In this document: positions 41,601 to 55,600 of the stretch, piece after piece | How positions within the stretch are numbered: the stretch's first letter is position 1 | Layout: each line of letters begins with the position of its first letter | NCBI RefSeq assembly: GCF_037042905.1 | Contig: NC_087250.1 | Span: 7,938,001-8,002,000 of the forward strand | Reading direction: 5' to 3' | DNA length: 64,000 nucleotides | From: Lytechinus pictus | Lineage: Eukaryota | Notes under the pieces: model-generated | What the model saw: only the letters and a program-made list of their open reading frames with translations | The model's database searches: none | What the model was told of the DNA's origin: nothing | Translations under genes and position numbers: made by a program

Positions 41601-44361
41601 TTTCCTGATTCTTCAATGGTGAAGACAATCATCTATTTGTACTTCCTAAACAATTATGAATGATTTAAGAGCCAAACTAGCTGAAATATGATATCTCTAC
41701 TGTTAATTATTTATGTAACAATTGGCTATCCATACTTAAACCACAACTTCAAACCTGAGTTTAAGTTAAACCCGACTTCAGAATACGGGCCCCCAGTCAG
41801 TAATCTTTGAGCATAGATTACACTTGATTCTACACTCGCTCCAGAACAAAGGAAATGGCTATTTTGGCTTGTTCATCCTATTGTTCTGTACCTGAGCGTG
41901 TATTTTTTAGTGTAAAATTACTTTCACACTCAAGATTACTGACTGCCACTGTATCTCACATAGAATACTTACATGTAATATTGACTGGCCTCGAGGGGAA
42001 CATAAAATATATTGCCCGCATTGAAATCATATTTGCCTGAGTCTTTAGACTAGGGCAATATGGTTCTCTTAAGGCCAATTGTTGTTTCCTGAAAGAAGCC
42101 AGTCAATATATTTATTATTATCCAAATCAGATATCTAGAGCAAAATTGTGTAAATTTAGATACGTATACCCTTTCAGAATGTGATTCTATTAATTCATGT
42201 TGAGCAGGCTGTGCCTCCAAGCTTTACCATGGTGACATATTTGAAATGTCGCAGTGTCCAGCGTTTGTCTCATTTTGTTTTACGTTATGACGTATATTAT
42301 GTTGCGCGGATCAATATGACGCGTATCTCTTTCTACATGTATGGATATGCACGGATGTGAGACCAGGGAAAATACAAAGGTATATTTTGCGTCGTCTCTG
42401 CATGCAAAGTCAGTACGCGCATTGAGACTGAGGAAAATACAAATAATATACCTATCCCTTCGCCATATTTATGAAATCTAGGGCAATATGGTCTGTAAAT
42501 TACCAGCTCAGATGTCTGATATATGGGTAATAATTGTCTTTATTGCTGATCTCTTTTCGTATGATTTTCTTCCTAACAATGGGCATCTGATTTGTTGAAT
42601 GCATAGATGAAGAGAGCAAGCATTTCAAGGCTGCATCTGATAAATGGAGACGACTCTTCACCATACAGGAAGATGAGAAGCTTGTCAACTGTAAGTCAAA
42701 CTTCTGGGAAATGTATGAATACCTTAGCATAGTTTTCGAGTAGTACAGCTTTTTCCGTATTTAGTACTGAAAAATTAGAAGAATACTGGTGGTTTATACA
42801 AAATACTGATTTTTAAAGCTCAGTTTTACGTGTTGTCCTATGGTATTTCTTTGAAAGTACTGATTTCCTCACCAAATTACTGATTTTCAGCTTTTAAAGT
42901 ACTGAAGTGTTTATGTTTAGGTTGGCTGCTCTGCCTTCGAGTAACCAACATGTACATGTACATTGAATTTACTATTTGGATACATGTATGTCAGATATTG
43001 ATTTTCTTGTTCTTGTCTTATTAATGTGAGTTTGAATGTTGAAACATGAATACAGTAAATAATATTACAGGGTTATAAAAAAAACAGCAACCCAGGTACG
43101 TGAAATATTTTCTTCATTTGGCCAAAGAATAAGTTAATCTTGCTTGACATTCATTGCTTAACACAGATTTGTTTATAAATGCATGCTTTTATTAATATAT
43201 TGACTAAATATATTTGCATTGCTCAATACACATATTTATTTTAAAGAAACGATAAAACTTTCCCTGTTCTGTTACTGAAGAGACAGCTTCTGTAGAAGGA
43301 GATTTTTTAATTGGTAAGCAGTATGGATTTTGTTTTTATTCAGGCTCTAAATCATCTAGGAAGGCAATAGTTTGTCCCGATGCCCATTAACCATTGATAA
43401 TCACTTATATGACATCAGAGCCACTCGTGCAATAATTTGTTATATTCAACCAATATTTATTCTTTTAGATTACTCCTGTAGCTACCCTCAGGGTTGGCTC
43501 TACTTCAGCGTGGAACATTTCAGTTTTTATTCTTTCCTGATGGGGACCGAGTCCAGGCTCCAAATCAGCTAGAAAGGCAATGGTTTGTCCCGATGCCCTA
43601 TTGGCAATGATTGCTTGATATCACAAGTACCCATGAACTAATTTGTTATATTCAACCGATGTTTATTCTCATAGATTACTCCTGCAGTTATTGGAAAGGG
43701 CGTGTACCTCGCCAGGGCTGGTTGTACCTCAGCGTGGATCATTTCTGTTTTTATTCTTTCCTCATGGGAAACGAGTCCAGGCTCCAAATCAGATGGACAG
43801 AAGTTACAGTAAGTAGAATATAATTCTATTATATAGTCTAACCTGTATTTAAAGGCCGCTCAAGGGGGACAAGAAAAGTGGTCCTCATGAGCAAGTGGTC
43901 TCTAATAATGCAGAGGTTCCTGTAATATGACTCATGGGGAAATCAAACTAAATGAAGTAATAAAATAGGTTTGACTATATCCTCTTCTTGTAAAGAACAT
44001 ATCAGCCAATATCTTTACACCCTTCAATCCATCATCATCATCACCATCATCATCACCACCATTCAACCACTACCACCACCATGATCATCATCATCACCAC
44101 AATTCAACCACCACCACCACCATGATCATCATTATTAACATCACCATCATCGTAATCACCATCATCTTCATCATCACAATCATCATCATTATCATTATCA
44201 TCATCATCACCATTATCATTGTCATCATTACCACCACCACCATCATGACCATCATCATCATGATGATCATGATGATCATGATCATCGTCGTCATCATCAT
44301 CATCATCATCACCATCATCATCAACATCATCACCATCGTCATCATCATCATCATCATTATT

Positions 44362-44393
<32 letters not shown>

Positions 44394-44402
44394 TATTATC
44401 AC

Positions 44403-44447
<45 letters not shown>

Positions 44448-44480
44448 TATTATTATCATCATCATCATCATTATTATCAC

Positions 44481-44537
<57 letters not shown>

Positions 44538-44571
44538 TATTATCACCATCATCATCATCATCATCATTATT

Positions 44572-44603
<32 letters not shown>

Positions 44604-44624
44604 TATTATCACCATCATCACCAA

Positions 44625-44675
<51 letters not shown>

Positions 44676-44709
44676 TATTATCACCATCATCATCATCATC
44701 ATCATTATT

Positions 44710-44744
<35 letters not shown>

Positions 44745-44748
44745 TATT

Positions 44749-44815
<67 letters not shown>

Positions 44816-44847
44816 CCACCACCATCACCATCATCATTACCACAACC

Positions 44848-44881
<34 letters not shown>

Positions 44882-45012
44882 CCATCATCACCACCATCAC
44901 CATCATCATTACCACAACCACCATCACCATCACCACCACCACTATCATCATCATCATCATCATCATCACCATCATCACCACCATCACCATCATCATTACC
45001 ACAACCACCATC

Positions 45013-45046
<34 letters not shown>

Positions 45047-48000
45047 TCATCACCACCATCACCATCACCATCATCACCACCATCACCATCATCATCATCA
45101 CCACCATCACCATCATCACCACCATCACCATCATCATCATCACCATCATCACCACCACCACCACTGCCACCATTATCACAACCACCACCGGTCCATACAA
45201 TCATCATCATCACTAAAGGTAATCTTGCTTTTCCTTCTTCCCTAGCACCTGGAAAGGAGCAACTCTGTTCTATTTCCCGAGAGTATACGAGTGACGACCC
45301 GAGAGGGGCGGTATTACTTCTCCATGTTCGTCCATCCCGAGGAAACATTCCAACTGATGGAGCAGCTTGCCAATCTAGCCATGCGCCAGCTCCTCTCCGA
45401 AGAAGGCTTCTCAGAAGATCGTAATCTGCCGGACAGATCAAAAGTCAAGTGAGGCAACAACTTCTTGACTTTTTCATAATGCTAGATTTGATAATATTTA
45501 TAGTACTTAGTAATAATAATATGCAACTTTTTACAGCTTTATTTCTTCTAAATCCTGGCTATAGCATGGCTACTCTGATTAAGGTCCCGCTTCATAAAGA
45601 CGTGTTCTTGTAACAAAGGCATGATTTCTGTAACAACTTTACCATTAGCCAATCAGATAGAAGAATTTCAGTAGCTTTTAACTGTTGTAGCAAATTTGTT
45701 ATAACAAGTTTTATGAAACAGGCCCCAGGTTCAAGCATTCAAGGAATTCATTCCTAACGGGTACCCTTTTACCCCAATTAATTGTTGTATGCAATTCCTA
45801 AACATTGTGTGGATCATTGGAATATATGACATTCAGTCTAGATAAATGTTAAATGTACGTATTTTATGTTTTTTCTTCAGGAAAAAAGCTCCCAAGAAGG
45901 TCTCGTCTCTCAAACGTGATTTGGACGCTCGAGCAAGGAGTGAAGCTTACAGGTAAGATTACATTCTGATTACTTTGTTCACGAATTTCATTTTTATGTT
46001 CTTTCCTTTATAACTTGATGTAGGGACAGTGATTTTCCGTTTCAAAAAGTTGCCTTTTCCGTTTCAGAAAATCTCAAATTCCGTTTCAGCATGTCAGAAA
46101 ACGGAAATTCCGTTTCCCCCATAGACTTTGTACACACGGAAAAGTGACAATTCCGTTTACACATTGAATACCGTACACTCGCACTGGTCAAAATTTGTAT
46201 CTGCTACTGTACCAACAACACAATAGAATCCGTTCTAATCGGATCTATGCGGGTGCATAAAATATTTTTCCAACCCCATTTAGCATGCATACATCCTCAC
46301 CTTTCACATTATTAGCATTATTTCATGGTGAAATGATATTTCATCGATAATTTTGGGGTTTTTTGGACATCGTTATCATCAGTCAACGGCTTTTGCCAAT
46401 CCGCCATCTTGGATTTTAAGACCACGATATCGTGCTGTTACATCTTCAAACGTAGAGGGCAGCAACACACGACCGTGCAGTGAACGATATGTGTGTGCAT
46501 GTGAAGCCCAACCCGGCGCCGGCGGCAGGGTACGGGTACGGTGCGGGGTACAATCAAGTGTGCTGATGTCGAGTGCAGTCACGATGTGTGAATTGTTATG
46601 AAAGTAGCGAAGTGAGATCGTGTTTTCTGGGGTTTTGTGGCCATTTAATATTCTCATTTTGTTATGATTTTGGCGTAATTTCTGTTGCTATTCTGTGTAT
46701 TTTGAGGGAAAATACGTTTTCCGTGATTTTCCGTTTGAAATGACACTTTCCGTTTCAAAACACCCTTTCCGTGAATTCCGTCCGTTTTCCGCGATCGCGG
46801 AAAATCACTGTCCCTATTGATGTATTCTAATTCAATAACAAGATCTAATATTCAAAATAAGTTCCCAATCTAACGTCACAAATGATAAACCTTCAATTCT
46901 TTTGAAATCTCTTGATTTTATAACATTTTGTATTATTTTATAGTTTTCCTTAAAACATAGACCAATATTTTGTGCTAATTTTCTGCTTGTTATGAAACCA
47001 AACTCGTAAGGGTGAACTTCCCATTCAAACATGTTTGAATCAGGAAATACTTTAACTCAGTAAATATGTCTGTAAACAAATTCTATTGATCTTTGCCTGC
47101 AGGCGAGTGTTCCGGTTACCTGTTGCGGAGAAGCTGGATGGTAACATCCCTTGTACGCTCTGGGCTCCGTATAGCAAATCACACGTCGGCGGTACCATGT
47201 ATCTCTCAAGGAATTATATCTGTTTTGCTAGCAGGGTAAGTGGATTGCATTTAGCTTTTTGTCATAATCATGGTAATATGCATTAATATAGCACCGTCTA
47301 CCTGAGAATATGGTATTCTGAGGTGCACAAGAAAAACAGAAAGTATAAGAGAGTTTGGATGAGTGTCTTTGACCAAGAACGGATAATTTTAGATAAGATA
47401 AGACTTCAGGTGGGTGTTTCTTAAAGCTGTCCGTAAGTTATGAGCAAGTTTACAAATGACTGGTGATCCTTTCTTGGGCGCTAAATTAGCATCAAAGAAA
47501 ATGTGATGAATATCATTTACCACAAGAGAGGATCACCAGTCATTCGTTAAGTCACTTGTAACATATAGACGGATTTATGAAACACCTACCACCAGTTTAG
47601 ATTTGAAAGTCTCAAATTATGTTTTAATTCGTAAATTTAGTGGCAAATTATTCCAAAGAGAAGGTGCTGCGGCAAAGTATGTCTGTTGACTCTCATAGAG
47701 ATATTTTATAGAATTGGATAACTTAGAATGGGATACCAGTAATATAGTCGTGCCCCCATTCACATATGGGAAGCCTTTCATGGAAAGTTTTGTCGGTGAT
47801 TTTCTCTCACAAATTTTTTTCTTATCCAATCAGATGCAAGGATTTGCAGTAGCTTATAACAATAATAAGAAAAATTTGTCAAATTTCAGTGCCTCATGTA
47901 AAAGGCCCAATACTGCACATGCAAATCATGCAGACCAAAATACTTGCACAGCTACAATAGCTTATTTCAGCATCCACTTCTCAGATGCTTTCTTCAACGT

Positions 48001-49604
48001 TCATAATTCTATTGAAAATGCCCTTCAAATCACAATGGACAGATTGGAGGTCATTGTCAGAAGTTGGTGGACCAGGGGCCCATTTTATAAAGAGTTACAA
48101 CTGTTGTTTTGCCATAATGGCAACTACCATGGCAACAGGGCTCAGCAGCCAATCAGAATCAAGGTTACCATGGTAGTTGCCATAATGGCAAAGTTACAAC
48201 AGTTGTAACTCTTTATGAAACGGGCCCCTGGAAAAGCACATTGTCTTAAGAATCGGTCCGGATGGAAAATTGCAATTACGCCGTTTGTCAGTGACGACAA
48301 GTGCTGCTGTTTTGATTCACCGATATTTGACAAAGGCTGCTTTTTTATGAAGAGCTTTTAACAAAAAATAATCAGCATTATAGAAAGCGTCTGCAAAGGG
48401 ATTGCTATAGTACCCTATTACTAATACAAACATTCATGAATGTTTCTTTCATGACTTTGGCATATATGTTTTAACAAAGATAATCAGCATTATAGAAAGC
48501 GTCTGCAAAGGGATTGCTAAAGTGCCCTATTACTAATATATATATTCATGAATGATTCTTTGGCATAATGTTTATTTTTCAGAAATACATTGGTGCTAAC
48601 AAGTTAGTTAACCCCACCAGTAAATGAACATATTTAGGAAGTGTTCAAGTTCCGCAATCTTTTAGATGTTTAGTTGTGAAGTCAGATGATAAAATATTAC
48701 ATTCAATTAAAGTTCGTTTCTCTGGGCTAACCGGACTTAGTAGTGTTGCGGGCTACATTCAACACTCAGCATGAAGGAGTGCATTTTCTGGTGGGGTTCA
48801 CAAACTTTTTAGCACCATTGTACATGCATGCTCGTGTATTGATATTGAATTTGTTTGTGTTTTTTTTGTGGTCAGATCAAGAATCTTGTTCAGGTGGTTA
48901 TACCGATGAGAGATGTAACGGTGGTGGAGAAGGTTGAGAATTCATCCCTCATCAACCAAGGGCTACATATATCAACAAGAGCTAAGGTAAGAGGATGGTG
49001 GTGGTGGTAGGAGTGGTGGTGATGGTGGTGATGATGATGGTGGTGATGATGACAATGAAGGTGATGATGATTGTGGTGATGATGATGATGATGATGATGA
49101 TGGTCGTGGTAGGAGTGGTGGTGGTGATGGTGATGATGATAATGATGATGATTGTGGTGATGATGATGATGGTGATAGTGGTGGTGATAGTGATGATGAT
49201 GATGGTGGTGATGATGGTGATGATGATGATGATGATGGTGATGATGATGGTGATGATGATGATGAAGATGACCATGATGGTGGGGATGATATGATGATGA
49301 TTGTGATGATAGTGATGTTGGTGGTGATGGTGGTGGTGATGATAATGATGATGGTGATGATGATGGTGATGATAATGATGAGGATGGTGATGGAAAAGGT
49401 TGAGAATTCATCCCTCATTAGCCAAGGGCTACATATATCAACTTGAGCTAAGGTAAGATGATGGTGGTATTGGTAGGAGTGGTGGTGGTGATGGTGATGA
49501 TGATGGTGATGATGGTGGTGATGATGATGATGATGATGATGATGGTGATGGTGATGATGTTGGTGATGGTGATGATGGTGGTGGTGGTGATGATTATGAT
49601 AATG

Positions 49605-49636
<32 letters not shown>

Positions 49637-52600
49637 GATGATGGCCCTAATGTTAATGACAATGATAATGAAGGCAGTGAAAAATGAAAATGAAAAAATA
49701 ATGATGTCATTAACAAATATGGGGATAGTTATCATGTTGTTACTGAAAATAATAGCAATGATAATGACTAATAATAATAAATATTTAATAGCTGATACTG
49801 GTTACTCGTGGTAATAGATTTACTTTACCTAGATGATCAAGTGTTCACAATATATTTTATTTTTTTTAATTTACAGATGACATTCCTCTTTGCACAGCTG
49901 ACTGACAGAGATTTTCTTGTTCAACATATATCTGATTTCCTTGCAAAAACAACCGAAAATGCCAGGTAATGCCTATGGCAAATCGAAAGCAGAATGAAAA
50001 CGACAGACCAATATATATATTGATAATATTGGTAATAATGGTAATGGTGAAGATAATTTATTGTAATAATAATGTTAATAATAATAATAACAATAAATTA
50101 TAATGCACCAAATCCACTCTGCAGAGTGCTCAAGGCGCAATGCCGGAAGGAAGAAAGAGAGAGAGAGAAAAGGAAGTTATACATACATGTATGCAGTGAC
50201 AAATGAGAGAACTTGAGGAGTTATTGACAATTAAGAGTAAGAATCATTAAATAGATGCATATTTAGCTAACGTTTATTGTGTCAACAGAAGTGCATTCAC
50301 AAAAAACCAAGGTAAGATCATTCTAGAGAACAAGATCAGCGGGAGCAAAAGCCTTTATTTCTTATTCTTAATTTTTATGAAGTCTTTCTTTATATAATGT
50401 TTATGTTAGGGTATCAATTCAGTTCAATGACTGTAATCATTCTTGTTTTCATTTACAGACCTACAGGAGACGGCATCTCCATAGCGTCGTCAAACGAGGG
50501 CAGTATAACACGCTCTACCGCTGATCCAATGCAAAGCTTACTAAGTTCAAGCTTCGGTAGCAACGAGAGTGGTAAGTAGGTTCCCTCTTTCTGAATATCT
50601 TACCGTCTGTCCGTGCAATATGAATTTTCATATCCCATCAATTCGGTGGATTCACGATACGGTGCGCCATCTATCCGTTGCAGCAAACAGGCCAAATTTC
50701 TAACTTCTACCTTCTTAACGTACAAAAAAAAAATTGTTTGGATTTTGTGGTACAAATAATAATGCTCTTAACTGTATCATGATGATCTTAAGAAAAGAGA
50801 TATATTTTGCCAAATTTTGAAAAGACATTTACCACAATTATGTCGGCTTTAAAACTTTATTATGAAATGGAAAAATGTTTATATGAAACAAATTTCAGAG
50901 CAAATAAGTTCAGAAAGAAACGGTTTTGTTTCAGAAACTGTTTCAAACAAGCTGGCAATCTGTCACCTTATCATACATAATTATTACCAATGTTTATTTC
51001 TTAGATATATGTATCAGATCTCTTATTTTTCTTGCCAAATTTGCTTTGGCTGTGACAACTTATTGATTGTATAATAGGTCAGTTTGACTATGTGTCTATG
51101 TATTAGGAATTATGTATATTTACTGTTTGTCTGAAAAATTTGTAAATGTTTATACAGTGTAATTATGCTTTTCGAAAATAAAGAACCTTGTGGAAGGGAG
51201 AATTTTTTTTTTCTAACTGCGGGGTCGACATGGCGCGGGTGCATGCAGCGTACAGTACTAGTATACTGTATTGTTACTGTGATGGTTCCAAAATGAAAAC
51301 CATATGGCAAGTATTCACCAAAAACAGTCTAGATTTCGCAAAGAAATAGGCGGGCAAATTTCTCTCCCACCTCCTGGACCCTAGTAAACAGCATACATGT
51401 ATCTGGTCGAGCCTCGTCAGCCAGGGAGAATAATCGTTGCATGCATGCACTTTATAGTACTAGCGCGTGCGCAACAGATTTGACTTTTTCCCGTGAGGCA
51501 TCGCGAATTTCGGCCCGTCTGCTGCAACCGCTAGATGGCGCATCGTATAGTAAATCCACCGAATTAATATCTGTCTCTATTTTTCTTTCGTTCTATATAT
51601 CATAATTACTTTTTTTCTTTGTGTGACGATGCCTGCAGGTTTGCTGTTAATGCTTTCTAATGCTAATATAATTTTAAACATTTTATGGAGACATTGTAGG
51701 TCAGCTTAGGGGCCCGTTTCATAAAGTACTTGCAACTGTTGTAACTTTTGCCATAATGGCAACTACCATGGTAACAGGGCTCAGCAGCCAATCATAATCA
51801 AGGTTACCATGGTAGTTGCCATAATGGCAAAGTTACAACAGTTGCAAGTTGATTTATGAAACAGGCGCCAGATCTTGGATATGAGTAATTATGCCAATAT
51901 TTCTTTTGCTTTTCATGCGAGTATACTTTACATTAAATTTTAAGGCTTTGTACAAATCAAATAGTAAATATCCCTCTTTGTGCATCGGTACAAGATTTTG
52001 CATTGTTGAGTTGAATAGATTATCTTTATTTCGCCTCCTGCGAAAAAAACCATTGCATGAAGAGCAATATTTGCTATTTTTACAATAGCCAATCAATAAC
52101 AATGTTGCATGCACTTTTTGTTCAATGAATTGATGAGGAGCCAATTAAAATTACTCTTTAATCACTCCACTGCCAAGTTTTTTATTACAACCCTCCTTTC
52201 TTCACTTTGGATTTGTTTTGATTAAAGGGAAACTTCACCCTGACAAAAAGTTTATTGTAAAAATAGCAGAAAAATAATAAAAAATATTTGGGAGGGTTTG
52301 AGGAAAATCCATTGAAGAATAAAAAAAATTATTACAATTTCAATTATTTGATTTGTGACGTCATATGCGAGCAGCTTTCCTACATATCAATGGTAAAAAA
52401 TCAATAAAATTTCATTATCTCAGAAAATTGAAAATGGTTTTCATTGTACCTTCAGTACATCAATACACAAATGATTTCACACCCGATCATAAAAGAAAAT
52501 AAAAAATTAGTCCTCACGAACCATCAAAAAATTATATTTATGCATTTTATATTACATCACAATATGGAGTGGCTGCTCGTTTATGACGTCACAAATCAAA

Positions 52601-55600
52601 AACTTGAAATTCGAATAGCTTTCTAAATCTTTAATGGATTTTCCTTAAATCTTCACCAATATATATTTTCTGTTATTTTTACAGCAAAGTTTTCATCAGG
52701 GTGAACTCCCCCTTTTATATGTTTGAGATAAATATTTCATAATTTTATTTTTTTCTTTTCATCAGATCCTAGCTCTAACTACTCATCCATGATGTATTAC
52801 TCTACAGTGTTAACAGACCTCAACGATTATGATAATAATGCATGTGAGTTCCATAGACATCAGTGGGCGTATTTACACTTTCACATTTTCCTTAGTCTTG
52901 TTAATCTACAGTGTTAACAGAAATTATGATAATGCATGTCAATTCCATTTACATGAGTGGGTGTATTCACATATTCACATTTTCATTGGTCTTTATTTCT
53001 CTTTTGTTGAACATGCCTCAACGATTATGATAATAATGCATGTGAGTTTCATAGGCATCAGTGGGTGTATTCATACATTCAAATTTTCCTTAGGCTTTAT
53101 TTACTCTAGAGTGTTAACAGACCTCCTTGATTATGGTAATAATACATGTGAGTTCAATAAACACCCGTGGGTGTATTCACATTTCAACATTTTCCTTAAG
53201 CCTTTCAATTTCTTTTTTTAAGTTAAAAAACTGAATGTAATTGATTCCACTTGTAGGTAATGATTTCGCTGCATAATTTTTAATATTTCCGAAAAGATGT
53301 TTTTCCTTTGTATGAAGGTCATTCAATTTTCATTTTATTTCATTCATCTTATTTATATTCCTCGATGCATGCTGCTTTCTGGCAGCAATATTTGTTTTCA
53401 TTTTTGCCCCTGAAACAAGCAGTAATTAACCCAATCACACCGTATTATTTATGTTCCAGCTCATCTGAGTGTTAAATATTCATGACTATCTATTGAATAT
53501 TCATTTTAGCCCCTGAAACAAGTAGTGAATCAGTGTCGCATTTCAGCTCCAACCTGCCTTACTGTAAGATATTCATGAAAATTGAATATTCATTTTAGTC
53601 CCTGAAACAAGCAGTGAGTTGCCCAATCACGGCGTAGCATTTCAGCTCCAACCTGCCTTAGTGTTTAATATTCATGACTCTATTGAATATTCATTTTAGC
53701 CACTGAAACAAGCAGTGAGTCACCCAATCACAGCGTAGCATTTCAGCTCCAACCTGTCTTAGTGTTTAATATTCATGACTATCGAATATTCATTTAGCCA
53801 CTGAAACAAGAAGTGAGTCGCCCAATCATGGTGTAGCATTTCAGCTCCAACCTGCCTTAGTGTTTTATTATTCATGACTATCTATTGAATATTCATTTTA
53901 GCCACTGAAACAAGCAGTGAGTCACCCAATCACAGCGTAGCATTTCAGCTCTAACCTGCCTTAGTGTTTTATTATTCATGACTATCTATTGAATATTCAT
54001 TTTAGCCCCTGAAACAAGCAGTGAGTCGCCCAATCACAGCGTAGCATTTCAGCTCCAACCTGCCTTAGTGAAGGTATTCAACAGAAGAGGATCAGATGAA
54101 ATACCGGCAAGAGAGACGGTGAAAGAGCATCTATGGAATATGCACTTCAAAGAGTATGGGAGGTGAGTAGAAAGAGATAGAGAGAGAGGAAGGGGGAGGA
54201 AGAGGAGACAGATGGGGAGAAGGAGAGGTGGAGAAAAATGGGGAGAGAGAAAAAAGAAAGCAAGATAGAGTGAAAGAACATCTGTGGAATATGCACTTCA
54301 TTGAAAATGGAAGGTTAGTGGCAAGAGAAAGATGGGTAGGGGGAGTGAGAAATGGGAAGAGGGGGTAGGGAAGGAGAGAACGAGGGAGGGGGGAGGGGAG
54401 AAAGGGAGTGGGGATAACTGAAGCAAGAGAAACAGTGAAAGAAAGAGAGATTGCAGGAGGAGGGAGAGAATGAAAGAGAAGGGGGGAGGGAGGGAGGGGG
54501 GGATAAAAACTTCAAGAAAGACATTGAAAGAACATCTAAGATGGAATATGCACTTCAAAGAGTATGGAAAGTTGGTAGAAAGAAAGAGAGAGAAGGGGAG
54601 GAGAGAGATGGAGGGGGGGGAAGAAGAAGAGGGAGAGAGAGAAGTGGGAGGGAGAGGGAGGAATGCAAAGCAGTGAGAGAGACGGCAAACGAACATCTAT
54701 GGAATATGCACTTAAAAGAGTATGGAAGGTTAGTAGATGCGAGGAGATAGAGAGAGAAAGGGGGAGGGGGAGGAAAGGAGGGGAGAGGGTGGGGGAGAAG
54801 GAGAGATGGAGAAAAATGGGGAGAGAAAGTGGGGGAAAAAGTGGAGGAGGGGGAATAAAAAAAAGAAAGCAAGATAGAGTGAAAGAACATCTATGGAATA
54901 TGCACTTCAGAGAGTATGGAAAGTTAGTAAAAGAGGTAGAGAGAGAGTGGGAGAAAATAAAAGATAGAGGGAGAGAGAGAGGCAGGTGGTGATGGAAAGA
55001 GAGGGGGATTAAAACATTTGTAGAATGAAAAAAATGACATGTCTAGGGTGGATTCAAATATTGTTTCACAGATGTATAATGAGGAGAAAATTAACACATT
55101 ATAATGAGCAGAAAGTTGTAAGTGCCTTGTCTAGTTTTGCTTGCAGGGGTGTATGTATGTACCGTACAGTTGAGATGCAACATCTAATTATTAAAGGGAG
55201 TCCACCTAATAAAAAGTTGATTGAATAAAAAAGAAAAGTCCAAGCAGTATAATGCTGAAAATGTCATCGAGATCAGATACAAAAGAAAGAAAGTCATGAC
55301 ATCTTATTTTTAAACCAGACCATGCGCATATTTTATAATATGAATTATCCAATATTTCAAGTTTTGCAGATTGGACAAGAAGGAGAATCTTCATCAAATC
55401 ACAGTAGGTTTAATACCAAAATGGCAATTCGATATGTGCAGGGAGGTATCAAACTTTGTTTCATGTTATTATGGGAGAAAATTAAAAGACCCTTGTCTTG
55501 TTTTGCTTGCAGGGGTGTATGCATGTATCGTACAGTTGAGACTCAGCATCTAATTATCAAAGGCCTTCCTGATAGCCTAAGAGGGGAGATGTGGATGCTG

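Noticed and set aside
43469..43572. Exon-6 copy as a mutually exclusive exon
   Set aside because: It lacks conserved WKGRV, ends in TAG and has no donor site.
44094..45441. Long poly-Met, poly-Asp and poly-Ile ORFs (also at 26399-27687 and 48890-49814)
   Set aside because: These are translations of intronic GAT/CAT microsatellites and partly overlap real TBC1D9 exons on the opposite strand.
52766..52810. Possible extra TBC1D9 exon after a strong polypyrimidine tract (DPSSNYSSM...)
   Set aside because: No convincing phase-compatible donor was found, and exons 12 and 13 already join in frame. It cannot be excluded without RNA data.
53398..54068. Regularly spaced repeats resembling a CRISPR array (also 63090-63678 and 3856-4120)
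   Set aside because: Whole units repeat with no unique spacers, there are no cas genes, and the context is eukaryotic.
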